This document shows positions 1 to 10,358 of a DNA stretch of 64,000 nt, piece after piece. Source of the stretch: Candidatus Bruticola sp. (GTDB lineage: Bacteria; Vulcanimicrobiota; Xenobia; Xenobiales; Xenobiaceae). A model generated the notes under the pieces. The model did not search any database. It had not been told where the DNA came from and worked only from the letters and a program-made list of their open reading frames with translations. The stretch spans positions 11,165 to 75,164 of the forward strand of contig JBJEGD010000003.1 of the NCBI GenBank assembly GCA_051874735.1. The letters are read 5' to 3'. How positions within the stretch are numbered: the stretch's first letter is position 1; every line of letters starts with the position of its first letter. The position numbers and the translations under genes are program-made.

Positions 1-407
1 TCTTCAGTGGGCTCGTAACGCTCCTGTTCTACTTCTACGCCCTCATAATCCTTAAGATCAATAGTAGGAATTACTTCAAACTCAGCCGTAAAGGTCAGCT
101 CCTCACCACGATCGCCAGACACCTTAGTAAACTCAGGCTGAGAAACGACTTCAACTTTTTCCTTCTCGGCAGCTTCACTGAAAGAGCGAGGAATAACCGT
201 TTCCAGGACGTCGCGCTTAAGCATTTGGTTTGGGATGTATTTGCGGCCCATGTAAGCAGGGACTTTACCGCGGCGGAAACCAGGCAGAGAGAGCATTTTT
301 AAAGCTTCTTTAAAAGCCTTGGCATAAGCCTGCTCGACGGTATCAGCATCAACAACAACTTCCATGCTGCGCTTGATGGGAGAGAGTTCAGTCAGAGTAA
401 CCTTCAT
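1..407 (-). CDS. tig: Trigger factor, N-terminal part (runs off window start)
   Basis: Manual translation MKVTLTELSPIKRSMEV...LPGFRRGKVP (ribosome-binding signature). ATG at 407 with AGGAGG RBS. Confidence 0.93.
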   Translation of the reverse strand, partial: MKVTLTELSPIKRSMEVVVDADTVEQAYAKAFKEALKMLSLPGFRRGKVPAYMGRKYIPNQMLKRDVLETVIPRSFSEAAEKEKVEVVSQPEFTKVSGDRGEELTFTAEFEVIPTIDLKDYEGVEVEQERYEPTE

Positions 408-583
408 TTTTTCCTCCTAGAAAATCTTAGGACTGGCGGCGTTAGATCGTCCACCCCAATACAGAGACACTTCACGTGCCATCAAAATGATCGGAGCCCG
501 CGTCGCTAAGGTTCACACATTTTTTACTTACGCTGTTAGATAAAACAAATAGAGACCACCTTTACGGCGGTCCCTACTCGCTG

Positions 584-658
584 TGGAGCGGAAGAAGAGA
601 TTCGAACTCTCGACCCTTGCCTTGGCAAGGCAATGCTCTACCGCTGAGCTACTTCCGC
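584..658 (-). tRNA. tRNA-Gly(GCC)
   Basis: Reverse complement GCGGAAGTAGCTCAGCGGTAGAGCATTGCCTTGCCAAGGCAAGGGTCGAGAGTTCGAATCTCTTCTTCCGCTCCA; cloverleaf, encoded CCA. Confidence 0.97.
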
Positions 659-757
659 AAAATATGACCGAGAGCAACCTGCACTTACAATACCGGCCAA
701 TCTCGCTTTATTCCCCGATGTCGGGCACTTAAAGATTGAAAATTGCACCTTTTTGTA

Positions 758-832
758 TGGAGCGGAAGAAGAGATTCGAACTCTCGACCCTTGCCTTGGC
801 AAGGCAATGCTCTACCGCTGAGCTACTTCCGC
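758..832 (-). tRNA. tRNA-Gly(GCC), identical second copy
   Basis: Same 75 nt as 584-658. Confidence 0.97.
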
Positions 833-856
833 ATGTACAATCCTAACTTTAAGCTG

Positions 857-935
857 TGGGCGGGAAGGGACTCGAACCCTTACGATTTCTCACTGGCTCC
901 TAAGACCAGCGCGTCTACCATTCCGCCACCCGCCC
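857..935 (-). tRNA. tRNA-Leu(TAG)
   Basis: Reverse complement GGGCGGGTGGCGGAATGGTAGACGCGCTGGTCTTAGGAGCCAGT...GGTTCGAGTCCCTTCCCGCCCA; variable arm; CCA not encoded. Confidence 0.93.
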
Positions 936-942
936 GAAGAGG

Positions 943-1018
<76 letters not shown>

Positions 1019-1036
1019 GTACCGCTTACGGGCAGT

Positions 1037-1065
1037 ATATTACTCAAACGAGGGATCGATGTCAA
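1037..1065 (-). promoter_or_regulatory. Sigma70-type promoter of the tRNA cluster
   Basis: TTGACA-17 nt-TAATAT on the minus strand just upstream of tRNA-Lys. Confidence 0.75.
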
Positions 1066-1289
1066 GGGCTTTGCTTCAAAAAAAATAGTTTTTTTTCGAG
1101 CTCCATCTCGCCTAAGCTCAGATATTGTTTAAAAGCCCAATATTGACAATACTTTTAAGCTATTTGAGGCCACAACCTTGAAGTAAGGAAGGCCTTAAAT
1201 CGAGGAAGGACAAGACCTAAAAAGCTCAAAAAAAAACTCGCCAATCGATAAAAAAGCTAGGCTTTGACAGCTAAACATTTTTTAAGAAG

Positions 1290-1721
1290 GTGCAAATTAT
1301 GCAGTGGAAACGCAACGGAGAACTCGTTTTGGTCACGATGATACCAGGCGATAAATTGAAAGACTCTATACTTCAAGCAGCTAAAGAAGCTGGTCTCGAA
1401 TCGGCTGTAGTTTCTGGTTTGGGAGGAGTGCGCAACATTGAACTGGGGCTGGCGAAGGCAGATCTTAGCGGCTACGATACGGTCTGCTTCCATGGAGCAT
1501 GGGAATTAGTAAGTTTAACTGGTAATATATCCAGCCTGAAAGGCGAACCTTTCCTGCACGCCCACGCGGCTTTAGGTGGAGTCAACGGAGAAATGAAAGG
1601 CGGCCATTTAATTGAAGCAGAAATAAACGTAACTGCAGAAATTTTCCTTTATCCCTTAGCAGAACCTGTTAAACGCGGAGTTTCCCCCTACTTCGACGGT
1701 ATAAAAGTCTGGAACTTTTAA
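1290..1721 (+). CDS. PPC domain (DUF296) protein
   Basis: ELVSLTGNIS, HAHAALG and GGHL motifs. Confidence 0.88.
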   Translation: MQIMQWKRNGELVLVTMIPGDKLKDSILQAAKEAGLESAVVSGLGGVRNIELGLAKADLSGYDTVCFHGAWELVSLTGNISSLKGEPFLHAHAALGGVNGEMKGGHLIEAEINVTAEIFLYPLAEPVKRGVSPYFDGIKVWNF

Positions 1722-1749
1722 ACTTATTACAAGCAGGCTTAACCACAAT

Positions 1750-2586
1750 ATGGAATACACTAAACTTAACAACGGACTGTCTATGCCCTTACTAGGGTTT
1801 GGACTTTATAAAGTTGAGCCATCTGAAAGCTACCGGTGCGTATCTCAAGCTTTAGAAGTAGGATACAGACTTCTTGATACAGCCCAGTTTTATGCTAACG
1901 AAGCTGAGACGGGCCGAGCGATCGCCGCTTCAGGCCTTCCCCGCCGCGATATTTTTCTGACTACCAAAATTTGGTACGACCACAGCGGCTACGAGAAAGC
2001 CCGCGAATCTATCAAGCAATCTCTGGAACGCTTGCAAACCGATTATGTCGATCTGCTGCTTATCCATCAACCTCTGGGCGACTATTACGGCACTTACAGA
2101 GCTATGGAAGAAGCCTATACTCAAGGCTTAGCTAAAGCTATCGGAGTATCGAATTTTACCCCAGATAGGCTAATTGATCTCTGCTATTTTTCTAAAGTTA
2201 AACCTATGGTCAACCAAGTAGAAGCCCATGTCTTCTTCCAGCAGAAAGCAGCTAGACAGATCATGAACAAATATCACGTGCAGATCGAGTCGTGGGGCTC
2301 TCTAGCCCAAGGACGTTCAGACTGCTTCACTAATGAAACGCTGCTCAAAATTGGCCAAACTCATCACAAAAGTCCCGCTCAAATTGCCTTGCGTTTCTTA
2401 ATTCAGAGCGGGATTGTGGCTATTCCTAAGTCGTCCAATCTATCTAGAATAGCTCAGAATTTTGATATTTTTGATTTTGACCTTAATAAACAGGAAATAG
2501 ATGAAATTGAAGCTCTCGATCGGGGCGTGGGCTTTTCTAAGCCGGCTAACGACAGCCAGAGGGTCGAATACCTTTTAGGTATTTAA
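1750..2586 (+). CDS. Aldo/keto reductase (2,5-DKG reductase-like)
   Basis: GYRLLDTAQFY, DLLLIHQP, AIGVSNF, IPKS motifs. Confidence 0.95.
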   Translation: MEYTKLNNGLSMPLLGFGLYKVEPSESYRCVSQALEVGYRLLDTAQFYANEAETGRAIAASGLPRRDIFLTTKIWYDHSGYEKARESIKQSLERLQTDYVDLLLIHQPLGDYYGTYRAMEEAYTQGLAKAIGVSNFTPDRLIDLCYFSKVKPMVNQVEAHVFFQQKAARQIMNKYHVQIESWGSLAQGRSDCFTNETLLKIGQTHHKSPAQIALRFLIQSGIVAIPKSSNLSRIAQNFDIFDFDLNKQEIDEIEALDRGVGFSKPANDSQRVEYLLGI

Positions 2587-2664
2587 AAGACTTCTGCACC
2601 TACAAAAAATCTGTTTCTTACGCTACCTGTTTCTTACGCTTTTAAAAGCCTTGACTGAGTCCGT

Positions 2665-3765
2665 TTAACGAAACCCCTGGCGGCGCAGCCAAGGCTCGAA
2701 AGCGTCAGCCCAAGCTCGATGAATAATGGGACCAGGATGATGGCTGGTGTTGCCCGTGACCCTATTTTTAGCTAGTTGTGATCCCGGAGGATCAATCAAA
2801 CAAAAGTTATAGGCCTTACCCATCGTTTGGCATCCACGAGCGAACAGATCCGCATTATTGTCAAGTATAACTACGGTAAATTGGCAATCTTGCTGACAGC
2901 AGGTTTCATACATTTCGTCGAGCAGCTTCTGTTGTACTTTGACCAAATAAGAAACGGAAGGTATTTCCACAACCTCTGGCCCTAAAATATTCCTTCGGAT
3001 AAAGTTGTTAATTTGAAAAGACCAGCTGTCCGTATCCTCAAGCCTTTGAGACTTGAATAGCTTATCGCTGTGTGCATTAAAAAAGTAAGCACTCCAAACG
3101 CGCTTAAAAAAATTAACAGTAAGAAAACGATCCTCTCCTGGCCAATTAAAAGAATCGCTGCTGTGCTCTATTAATTTTCCTTCTTTCAGCTCCACATAAG
3201 GCTGCAGCTTGTAAGCTCCATTTCCCCGCAACACCCCCCAAATGCGACGATCGACATTGCGGGTCAAATGTAACGGTATCATGCCGTAAACAACTAAATC
3301 GTATTTTTTCTGCTCCAGAACTCTCCGCATAGCCATTAAGGCTTGATGGGCTCCAAAGCCACTTACACCGTAATTATCAAAAACGGTATCGGGGAAACGC
3401 TCGTTTAGCAAATAAGGAAAAGTTTTTTCGTCGGCGACTCCGCAACCGAAAGTAAAAGAACACCCAAAAAGAGCTACTCTGCGGCTGCCTTTTTTCTCAA
3501 TATTAGGTCGAGAAATCCGCAATCCATTAGTTCCTACATGCTGCATAACCTGACTGTCTTCTTCAGAAGGGTAGCTGCCAACTTCCCATCCCCAGCCACA
3601 CTCATCCCAAGCCTGACGCAAATACTGAGGCACTAGAGCCCTTCTAGAACGAAGTAAAGCATAACCGTTCAGATTTACCCCTTTAGACGCCAAATAAAGC
3701 TCACCACTTATAAAGATAATGATAGCAGCCATTACACACCATAAAGCGAAACGAATTATTTTCAT
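2665..3765 (-). CDS. Membrane-anchored SGNH/GDSL hydrolase-like protein
   Basis: N-terminal TM, GCSFTFG block I, NYGVSGFG block II, C-terminal HHP. Confidence 0.75.
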   Translation of the reverse strand: MKIIRFALWCVMAAIIIFISGELYLASKGVNLNGYALLRSRRALVPQYLRQAWDECGWGWEVGSYPSEEDSQVMQHVGTNGLRISRPNIEKKGSRRVALFGCSFTFGCGVADEKTFPYLLNERFPDTVFDNYGVSGFGAHQALMAMRRVLEQKKYDLVVYGMIPLHLTRNVDRRIWGVLRGNGAYKLQPYVELKEGKLIEHSSDSFNWPGEDRFLTVNFFKRVWSAYFFNAHSDKLFKSQRLEDTDSWSFQINNFIRRNILGPEVVEIPSVSYLVKVQQKLLDEMYETCCQQDCQFTVVILDNNADLFARGCQTMGKAYNFCLIDPPGSQLAKNRVTGNTSHHPGPIIHRAWADAFEPWLRRQGFR

Positions 3766-3835
3766 AAAAAAAGCTATCCTTTAATGTGGCAAAAAAAATC
3801 CGCTTTCATTCCGACAGATGAACGAAAACGGACCA

Positions 3836-3874
3836 CTGCTGGGAAGCTCATCTGGAGGATGAGCTTCCCAGCAG
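3836..3874. terminator. Perfect 17-bp inverted repeat downstream of the peptidase gene (terminator or stabilising hairpin)
   Basis: CTGCTGGGAAGCTCATC-TGGAG-GATGAGCTTCCCAGCAG; no clear U-tract. Confidence 0.55.
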
Positions 3875-3898
3875 GCTTAGGCTGCACTTAACAGTAAA

Positions 3899-5626
3899 CT
3901 AATAAATGTTCTTGACAACTCCGTCCTTATCAGTATGAATCAGATTGACTTGAGCACTTTTAGGCACAGTAGCTTCAATACTTAAAGGGGCGTCCGTGGT
4001 TGTCATCATGCTAAGGAAACAGTTGAACCAAGGCATAACTTCAAACTTACTAGCAGTCAGTTTGGGATAAACGGAGCGATAGGTAATATCAACCGCTTTA
4101 TTAATAGACACCGGCGAAACGCTATCGCCAGACTTCAGATAGTAATTGCTACCACCGAAGTTAATATAGGGTATAGTGTAGTCAGCGTACAGATCGGGCA
4201 GCCCATCTGTACCACTGAGAGAAACAGCCATATCGTAGCGATGCATGATGTCATTGATAGGCTCTTCTAAAGACTCTTCCAAAAGATCGATACCAGTACG
4301 GGGTGAAGTATAAATACTCTTAAGCTTATCTTTACCGTAATAGCCGAGCACATGCAAAGCGAAAAGATGACCCATACCAGCTTTATCTTTAATTTCTTCA
4401 TCAAAGAAAGCCTGCGGGAATATTTCACTAACTTCAAACTCTTCAGTATCAAGCAAGGTTGCTCCATTCATGTAGCGGTAGATAGGATCGATGGAGTATA
4501 TAGACGCTCCGCCTCCAACCTCATTAACACCAGCTTTATATAAACCGCTAGAGCAAAGTTCAGCACCAAGTTCCGCAAAGCCCTCGACCAGAACGGGCTC
4601 ACCGACAGCTTCATACAAATTTTTCACTGAGCCGTAAGTATCTGGCAAACCTAAATCGGTAAAAGCACCATTTTGGGCGACTTTCTGGTTCAGCTGAGTA
4701 AGATGGACGAATTCATGAGCCAAAACAGACTTGACATTCTCATGAACATAATTCTCTGACTTTTCGTCGTCAGACAGCAAAAGCTCGTAATTCAAATAAA
4801 CATACTCGCCGTGATTGCTGTAATTCTGCTTTGTTAAGCTGCTATGCTCATTTTGAACTTCAGGCAGAAGATCGCGGGCACTAACGTATCCGTAGGCCTC
4901 TCCCCGATCGTTACCTTTGGACATCTGTTCGCTATTCAAAAGTACAATATTAACTTTGCTATCGTTATCCCGACCGCCGCCAGTCTTCCACTCGGTTCCG
5001 CAGACACTGGTAATTTGCTCGTAAATTTCTTCATCAAAAATTTTGGCAATCTGCTTGGCCTGAACTGAAGATACAACGGGCTCATATTTGGCGGTTTCTT
5101 CGTTGTATTCCGCATACGAAAGAATATTGCAATGCGTGGTATCTGAGTTGCCGACGACCTTAGACACATAAACTTTTTGAGCAGTACCGCCAAAAGCGAC
5201 CCAAATAGGCTCGACATTGCCAATATCTAAACCGTCAAAACGAGCGTTAGCGCCGTTTTCCTGGACAGTAACTATATCATCAGCAGCTTCAGAGAAACCG
5301 CAGGAAATCGGAACGTAATCGCTCCCTTCATCTTCGTCTTTGCCTAAAGCTTTGTCGCTACTAGCAGCATAATCTACATCGGAGCTGACAGAAATTTCGC
5401 GAGTTTCTTTATCTGCTGTAGTTTTGGCATTAGTAGAAACAACCATCCGACACAGATCGTCACTTTTACAGTCGGGTACAAGATAAGAAACAACCTTCTG
5501 AGAATCGGAGATCGGGTGGATATCCGGAACGACATAGTTAGAAGCATCTCCTCCGCTGCCACTGCAGCCGACAGAAGTAGCCGCAGCTATTGCTAGGGCC
5601 ATCCAACCAAAGATACATCTCCGCAT
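3899..5626 (-). CDS. Lipoprotein zinc metallopeptidase (gluzincin, M30-like)
   Basis: Start reassigned to ATG 5626 (GGAGG RBS); lipobox SVGC; AHEFVHL followed by VEGFAE. Confidence 0.72.
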   Translation of the reverse strand: MRRCIFGWMALAIAAATSVGCSGSGGDASNYVVPDIHPISDSQKVVSYLVPDCKSDDLCRMVVSTNAKTTADKETREISVSSDVDYAASSDKALGKDEDEGSDYVPISCGFSEAADDIVTVQENGANARFDGLDIGNVEPIWVAFGGTAQKVYVSKVVGNSDTTHCNILSYAEYNEETAKYEPVVSSVQAKQIAKIFDEEIYEQITSVCGTEWKTGGGRDNDSKVNIVLLNSEQMSKGNDRGEAYGYVSARDLLPEVQNEHSSLTKQNYSNHGEYVYLNYELLLSDDEKSENYVHENVKSVLAHEFVHLTQLNQKVAQNGAFTDLGLPDTYGSVKNLYEAVGEPVLVEGFAELGAELCSSGLYKAGVNEVGGGASIYSIDPIYRYMNGATLLDTEEFEVSEIFPQAFFDEEIKDKAGMGHLFALHVLGYYGKDKLKSIYTSPRTGIDLLEESLEEPINDIMHRYDMAVSLSGTDGLPDLYADYTIPYINFGGSNYYLKSGDSVSPVSINKAVDITYRSVYPKLTASKFEVMPWFNCFLSMMTTTDAPLSIEATVPKSAQVNLIHTDKDGVVKNIY

Positions 5627-5842
5627 CGAGCACCTCCAAAGAGTACTAAACAAAAATATTTTAGAAAGAATTATAACAAAAAATAAATCGAACAGCCGCT
5701 TAAACCGACGAACAGCGGAATTCTTATTTTTCAAGCGACAAGCGGGATTTCCTCCAAGAGGCACACAAAGAGAGAATAAACTGACAGCCGCCTCTGCACC
5801 CGCTCACAAAATTCAGCTGTACTCGATAGTTCTTCTTTAGAT

Positions 5843-6544
5843 TTAAAACTCTTGCTTGGTGTACGTACCGTCAGACTTCCCCGTAACACAAACCTTAGCA
5901 TATCCAGAGAAAATCCCAGTTTCTACTACTCCGGTAAGAGCCTTAAGGCAACTATGTAACTCTGCAGGTTTTTCTATTTTATCAAATTGGCAATCGACAA
6001 TATAATTGCCCTGATCAGTAACGAAGATCTGGCCATCACGCCGACGCAGTTCTAGATTAGGAGTAAAAGCACTCAACCGCTCTATAGTGCGACTCCAAGC
6101 GAATGAGACGATTTCTACAGGCAATTTGAAAGTAGTGCCTAAATACTCTACATGTTTGGCTTCATCAACGATAACAATCATCTTGTCAGCAGCAGCAGCT
6201 ACATACTTTTCACGCAGCAGAGCTCCTCCGCCACCTTTAGTTAAATTACCCAAAGGATCAATCTCGTCAGCGCCATCTACAACTATATCTAAATGACCGA
6301 AATCGGGGTACTCTTTATCAAGTTCCAGCCCTAAACTTATAGCTTGCTTGGCGGTAACTTCGGAAGTAGGTACACAGACGACACACCAATTTTCTTTTTG
6401 GCATTGCTCAGCCAAAAGAGAGACAAACTTTTCAGCCGTTGAACCAGTGCCCAAACCAATACGCATGCCGTCCCGCACATAATCTAGAGCACCTCGAGCA
6501 GCAGCGATTTTGGCTGTTTCACGCGCATCCATAGAAATTACCAT
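5843..6544 (-). CDS. rpiA: Ribose-5-phosphate isomerase A
   Basis: GLGTGST, DGADE, KGGGGALLREK. Confidence 0.97.
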   Translation of the reverse strand: MVISMDARETAKIAAARGALDYVRDGMRIGLGTGSTAEKFVSLLAEQCQKENWCVVCVPTSEVTAKQAISLGLELDKEYPDFGHLDIVVDGADEIDPLGNLTKGGGGALLREKYVAAAADKMIVIVDEAKHVEYLGTTFKLPVEIVSFAWSRTIERLSAFTPNLELRRRDGQIFVTDQGNYIVDCQFDKIEKPAELHSCLKALTGVVETGIFSGYAKVCVTGKSDGTYTKQEF

Positions 6545-6624
6545 CCTTCCTCGAAAGCCTTACAGGCTTAAATAGTTATCTTAACCTAATTAGGCAACCT
6601 CATACTTGCCCGTTAATTGATAAA

Positions 6625-8082
6625 TTAAACCTTAAATCGCACTCCGTAAGAAGCACGGCCCGATAAAGACTTCCAACTATCAGCGTAAGCAGCTACATGC
6701 TTTTCCTCAGTTTTACAATCTTTGTGATCGGTAATCTCGTCTTTAGCCTTACAACTGTCATTCTGACAGTTCCTGCGAGATTCTTCCGCTCCACAGCCCT
6801 CGATCGACATGTTGAGAGGCTCTTGTGTGCGTTCTGAACATTTAGAACAGAAGCTGCTTCTCCGCATACGATTATAGCGGTATTTCTGACAGAGGTCGCG
6901 CCAGCACAGATAATCCTCAGTATCAGCTTCCCCCACCTGACAGAGCAGATTGAACAGGGTAAGTGAATAAGGGAAAGACGCTTTTGAAGCTAAATCCCTG
7001 GCGGCTGCGCTGCTCAAATGACCGCTCAACATAAGCTTTAAATTTATAAAATACTGCGTAACCTCGCACTGAGTTTGGCGACATAAGCCAAAACACTCAG
7101 CCATAGGGCTGATTAACCCATCAATCCAACTGTCCTCTTCAAAACCGTGTTTAAAGCAACCACTTACAAACATAGGCAATATTAGAGCTGTAAAACGATA
7201 AGCTCTTTCTTTAGCCGGTTCGAATCTCAACTGATCGCTCAAATCGAGAAGTCTGTCAAACAAAAATGTAGAGCGGCGATATGCTTCAGAGTCACAACGA
7301 GAATCAGTCAAATATTTAGTAATACTAGGTACGAGATCGGCCAACAAACCGCTATTTAAGAGCATGTGAAAACTTCTTCGGGAACAGCCTAATTCCAAAA
7401 AACGCAGCAGTTCTTCTTGTACTCTAGGCAAAGAAGAAGTTTTGATCAATAAATGCTTCTTTAAAATCGCTTCCCAAGTGCGTTTTTCAATAGTAAAACC
7501 TAACTTAGCGCAAAATTTTATAGCTCTGAGCATACGCACAGGATCTTCTGCGAAGCGCTTTTCCGGAACTCCAATCGTGCTGACCAGCCGGTTATTCATA
7601 TCTTCCAAACCGCCTACAAAGTCAAGCATTTCTTGGCCCATTAAATCAAAAAAAAGACCATTAATTTTAAAATCGCGCCGCCAGGCATCTTCTTTGGGCG
7701 AACCAAAAGTGTTGTCAAGTACTATCCCGTCGTCTCCACAGAAATCGTCTTCACACATATATTCGGAAAGCTGAAGATCGGGGTTGCGCCGAAAAGTGGC
7801 AACTTCAATAATTTTTTTACCACAGCACACATGAGCCAGACGGAAGCGGCGCCCCACTAAACGGCTGTTGCTAAAAAGTCGGCGAACTTGGGACGGACGA
7901 GCAGTAGTAGCTATATCGAAATCTTTGGGAACCCGGCCCAGAAGCATATCACGCACGCATCCGCCAACCAGATAAGCTGTATGACCGGCCTCATAAAGCC
8001 GACGGATCACACTTACGGCAGCCTTATCTATTTCTTCCTGGCCTATACAATTAGGCGTGCATTCACAAGTTTTCATCTGCAT
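6625..8082 (-). CDS. pcnB: Poly(A) polymerase I
   Basis: VGGCVRD, KDFDIAT, RRDF, EDPVRMLRA and the PAP-specific LVGRRFRLAHV motif. Confidence 0.88.
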   Translation of the reverse strand: MQMKTCECTPNCIGQEEIDKAAVSVIRRLYEAGHTAYLVGGCVRDMLLGRVPKDFDIATTARPSQVRRLFSNSRLVGRRFRLAHVCCGKKIIEVATFRRNPDLQLSEYMCEDDFCGDDGIVLDNTFGSPKEDAWRRDFKINGLFFDLMGQEMLDFVGGLEDMNNRLVSTIGVPEKRFAEDPVRMLRAIKFCAKLGFTIEKRTWEAILKKHLLIKTSSLPRVQEELLRFLELGCSRRSFHMLLNSGLLADLVPSITKYLTDSRCDSEAYRRSTFLFDRLLDLSDQLRFEPAKERAYRFTALILPMFVSGCFKHGFEEDSWIDGLISPMAECFGLCRQTQCEVTQYFINLKLMLSGHLSSAAARDLASKASFPYSLTLFNLLCQVGEADTEDYLCWRDLCQKYRYNRMRRSSFCSKCSERTQEPLNMSIEGCGAEESRRNCQNDSCKAKDEITDHKDCKTEEKHVAAYADSWKSLSGRASYGVRFKV

Positions 8083-8229
8083 ATATGTTAATTTTTAAAG
8101 CAAAAAGACTGCCGCCCCCTATCGCTCGCAGTCTGAATCACTCAGCATACCCCCCTGAGCATTCAGTCTCATAAAACTAAGCTCAGCCAGATGCCTTCAT
8201 TAATTTTTCCCGTTTATACTGCACCGATA

Positions 8230-9312
8230 TTAGTTATCCTTTTTACAGTTCAAGCCATTATTTGAATCTAATTTAGCTTGAATATGAGGGGCTAAACGAT
8301 CAAGCCAGCGTTTCTGAGCTCTGTAGTTAGGATGCAGTGTCGGCTGACCGTGATTGCGATACAAAGGTTCATTCAGTTGTTTAAAAGAGATGTCCCAAAC
8401 TGAGCAAGGCCATCCTCCTCTTTCTTCTTTGGCAGCTTCCGGCACAAACGTATTGCCCGTCAAATCGACGACTGAAAATTCGGCCCCAGCCCGACGGCAA
8501 ACTTCATCCATAAGGACGGCACATTGGCGAACGATCTGCCATCCATCTCTGTCAAAACAACGCTGCCACTGCAGATCAGACTGTTCATGCAGGGTGACAT
8601 TCTTTTTAGCTTGATTAGCTATATACAAAGTACGGGCAAAACGAACTCCGGCCCAAGTATCTTGGCCCGGCCAATCAAAAGCACAGCTGGGGAAAAATTC
8701 CCATGTTCTGCCGTTGTAGCTCATAGTTGGACAGATTACGAAATAACTGTTCAGGCTGACTAAACCGTGAATATTCCAAAAGAACTGACGCCGTACATGA
8801 TCGTCGATAAAAAAGTATAAAACTTGATCATATTTTTCTTTGCGTTCCAATAATAGATATTGGGCCAGCATCAAACACTGATAAGTACCCCAACGGCGCA
8901 CTCCGTAATTATCAAAGCAGATATTAGGAAAGCGTTCATTTAAAAGCCAAGCTAAGGTGTCTCGATCCCGGATTCCCATACCGTAAGTGTAGGAACAACC
9001 GAGCATAAGTACCCTTCGGCCACTATTTTTTTCTTCATGGGTTCGGCTAGCTCTCTGTCCGTTGGGCCAAACGGTCTCTTTGGCTACAGTTTCACTTTGA
9101 GACACGCCCACTCTATTCGTCCAACCGCATTGGGGTAAAATCTGAGTCAAAGGCTCAGGAACATTGCCATAAAATTGTTTTCTGCTAACTTCTAAAGCGG
9201 AAAAATCGACTAAAAAACAACGCATATATATTTCAGCCGCCGCTATAACGGACAAAATATAAAGACAGGACCGACCGGCGGCCTTAAGCTTTTTATTAAA
9301 ATTTGTACTCAT
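8230..9312 (-). CDS. SGNH/GDSL hydrolase-like protein
   Basis: GCSYTYG, DNYGV..WGTYQ, LHPN; N-terminal TM. Start (9312 or 9321) uncertain. Confidence 0.75.
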   Translation of the reverse strand: MSTNFNKKLKAAGRSCLYILSVIAAAEIYMRCFLVDFSALEVSRKQFYGNVPEPLTQILPQCGWTNRVGVSQSETVAKETVWPNGQRASRTHEEKNSGRRVLMLGCSYTYGMGIRDRDTLAWLLNERFPNICFDNYGVRRWGTYQCLMLAQYLLLERKEKYDQVLYFFIDDHVRRQFFWNIHGLVSLNSYFVICPTMSYNGRTWEFFPSCAFDWPGQDTWAGVRFARTLYIANQAKKNVTLHEQSDLQWQRCFDRDGWQIVRQCAVLMDEVCRRAGAEFSVVDLTGNTFVPEAAKEERGGWPCSVWDISFKQLNEPLYRNHGQPTLHPNYRAQKRWLDRLAPHIQAKLDSNNGLNCKKDN

Positions 9313-9317
9313 AAAAT

Positions 9318-10358
9318 TCACTCAGCAGCAGAAAAAATTTTGTAATGTTTTTTTAACTGTTCCTCGAGTTTAGCTAACCATATATCCTGAGCAGCTTCAT
9401 TGGGATGGAAGCGCTCATTTCCTCCGTTGCGATACTTGACATTTTCCGATTCAAAGCGGATATCCAGTACAGGATAATTAGACTCTTGCCCCCAACTGTC
9501 TAGATAGTCCGTGTTATCTTCTAAAAGTACCACCGCAAATTGGCTTTTTTTATCTGCGCACACCTTACTGAAATTGTCACAGAGACTTCGAATCAAATGT
9601 GTCATTTGTTTATTATAGTTGCCATCGCGACTCGCTTTAGCATAGAATTCTTGTCGACCGGCATTATAAACTAAACTGCTGTATTCAGCTAAAGCGAAGT
9701 ACTCTTTTAGCGGCAGATTGTAATAGAAGCTGGGCCTAATACATAACATGTCTTCTTGCATAAAAACTTCTGGAGCAGCGGCGTAAATTTCTCCCATCTT
9801 AAATTGACCAGCATATTTGCCTTTTTCTGAACGCAAACAATGATTTTTTATATAGAAATACAGGACTAAATCGTAAGTCTGACTTCGCAGCAAATATTCT
9901 CCCAGCAGCAAACTTTGATAAGTACCCCAGCCAACAGTTCCGTAATTATCGAAAGAGGCTTGCGGATAATGCTGATTGAGCTTCCAAGCTAAAGTTTGTT
10001 CATCGTTCAAACCAAATCCGTAAAGATAAGAACAGCCCAGCATCAGCACACGTGGATGAGCAGCCCTCTCTTTATAGGGACGACTAGCTCTCTGGCCATC
10101 GGGCCAAATTGTAACACTATGGCGACAACCTTCCTCATCGACTTCAATAGTGCCTACTCTGTTCAGCCATCCGCAGTAAGGGAGCAGTGGCAGCAAAAAA
10201 GAGGGATATTGTTTTAAGAGTTGGCGTTGTTTGATTATTAATTGATTAGGGCTATCGTAGAATAGGCTGACGGCTGTTTCGGCTGTACAAAGTATAGCGG
10301 CGGCCAAGAAAAGGACTCGCCATCCCCAATAACGTTTCACGGCCTCTTTCCTTCCCAT
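9318..10358 (-). CDS. SGNH/GDSL hydrolase-like protein
   Basis: GCSYLYG, DNYGTVGWGTYQ, FHPN; start uncertain. Confidence 0.75.
   Translation of the reverse strand: MGRKEAVKRYWGWRVLFLAAAILCTAETAVSLFYDSPNQLIIKQRQLLKQYPSFLLPLLPYCGWLNRVGTIEVDEEGCRHSVTIWPDGQRASRPYKERAAHPRVLMLGCSYLYGFGLNDEQTLAWKLNQHYPQASFDNYGTVGWGTYQSLLLGEYLLRSQTYDLVLYFYIKNHCLRSEKGKYAGQFKMGEIYAAAPEVFMQEDMLCIRPSFYYNLPLKEYFALAEYSSLVYNAGRQEFYAKASRDGNYNKQMTHLIRSLCDNFSKVCADKKSQFAVVLLEDNTDYLDSWGQESNYPVLDIRFESENVKYRNGGNERFHPNEAAQDIWLAKLEEQLKKHYKIFSAAE

Noticed and set aside
584-832. Duplicated tRNA-Gly as attL/attR of an integrated element
   Set aside because: Both copies are full length and only about 100 nt apart, with no integrase or cargo.
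2611-2640. Direct repeat CTGTTTCTTACGCT x2
   Set aside because: A short local duplication between convergent genes with no associated element.
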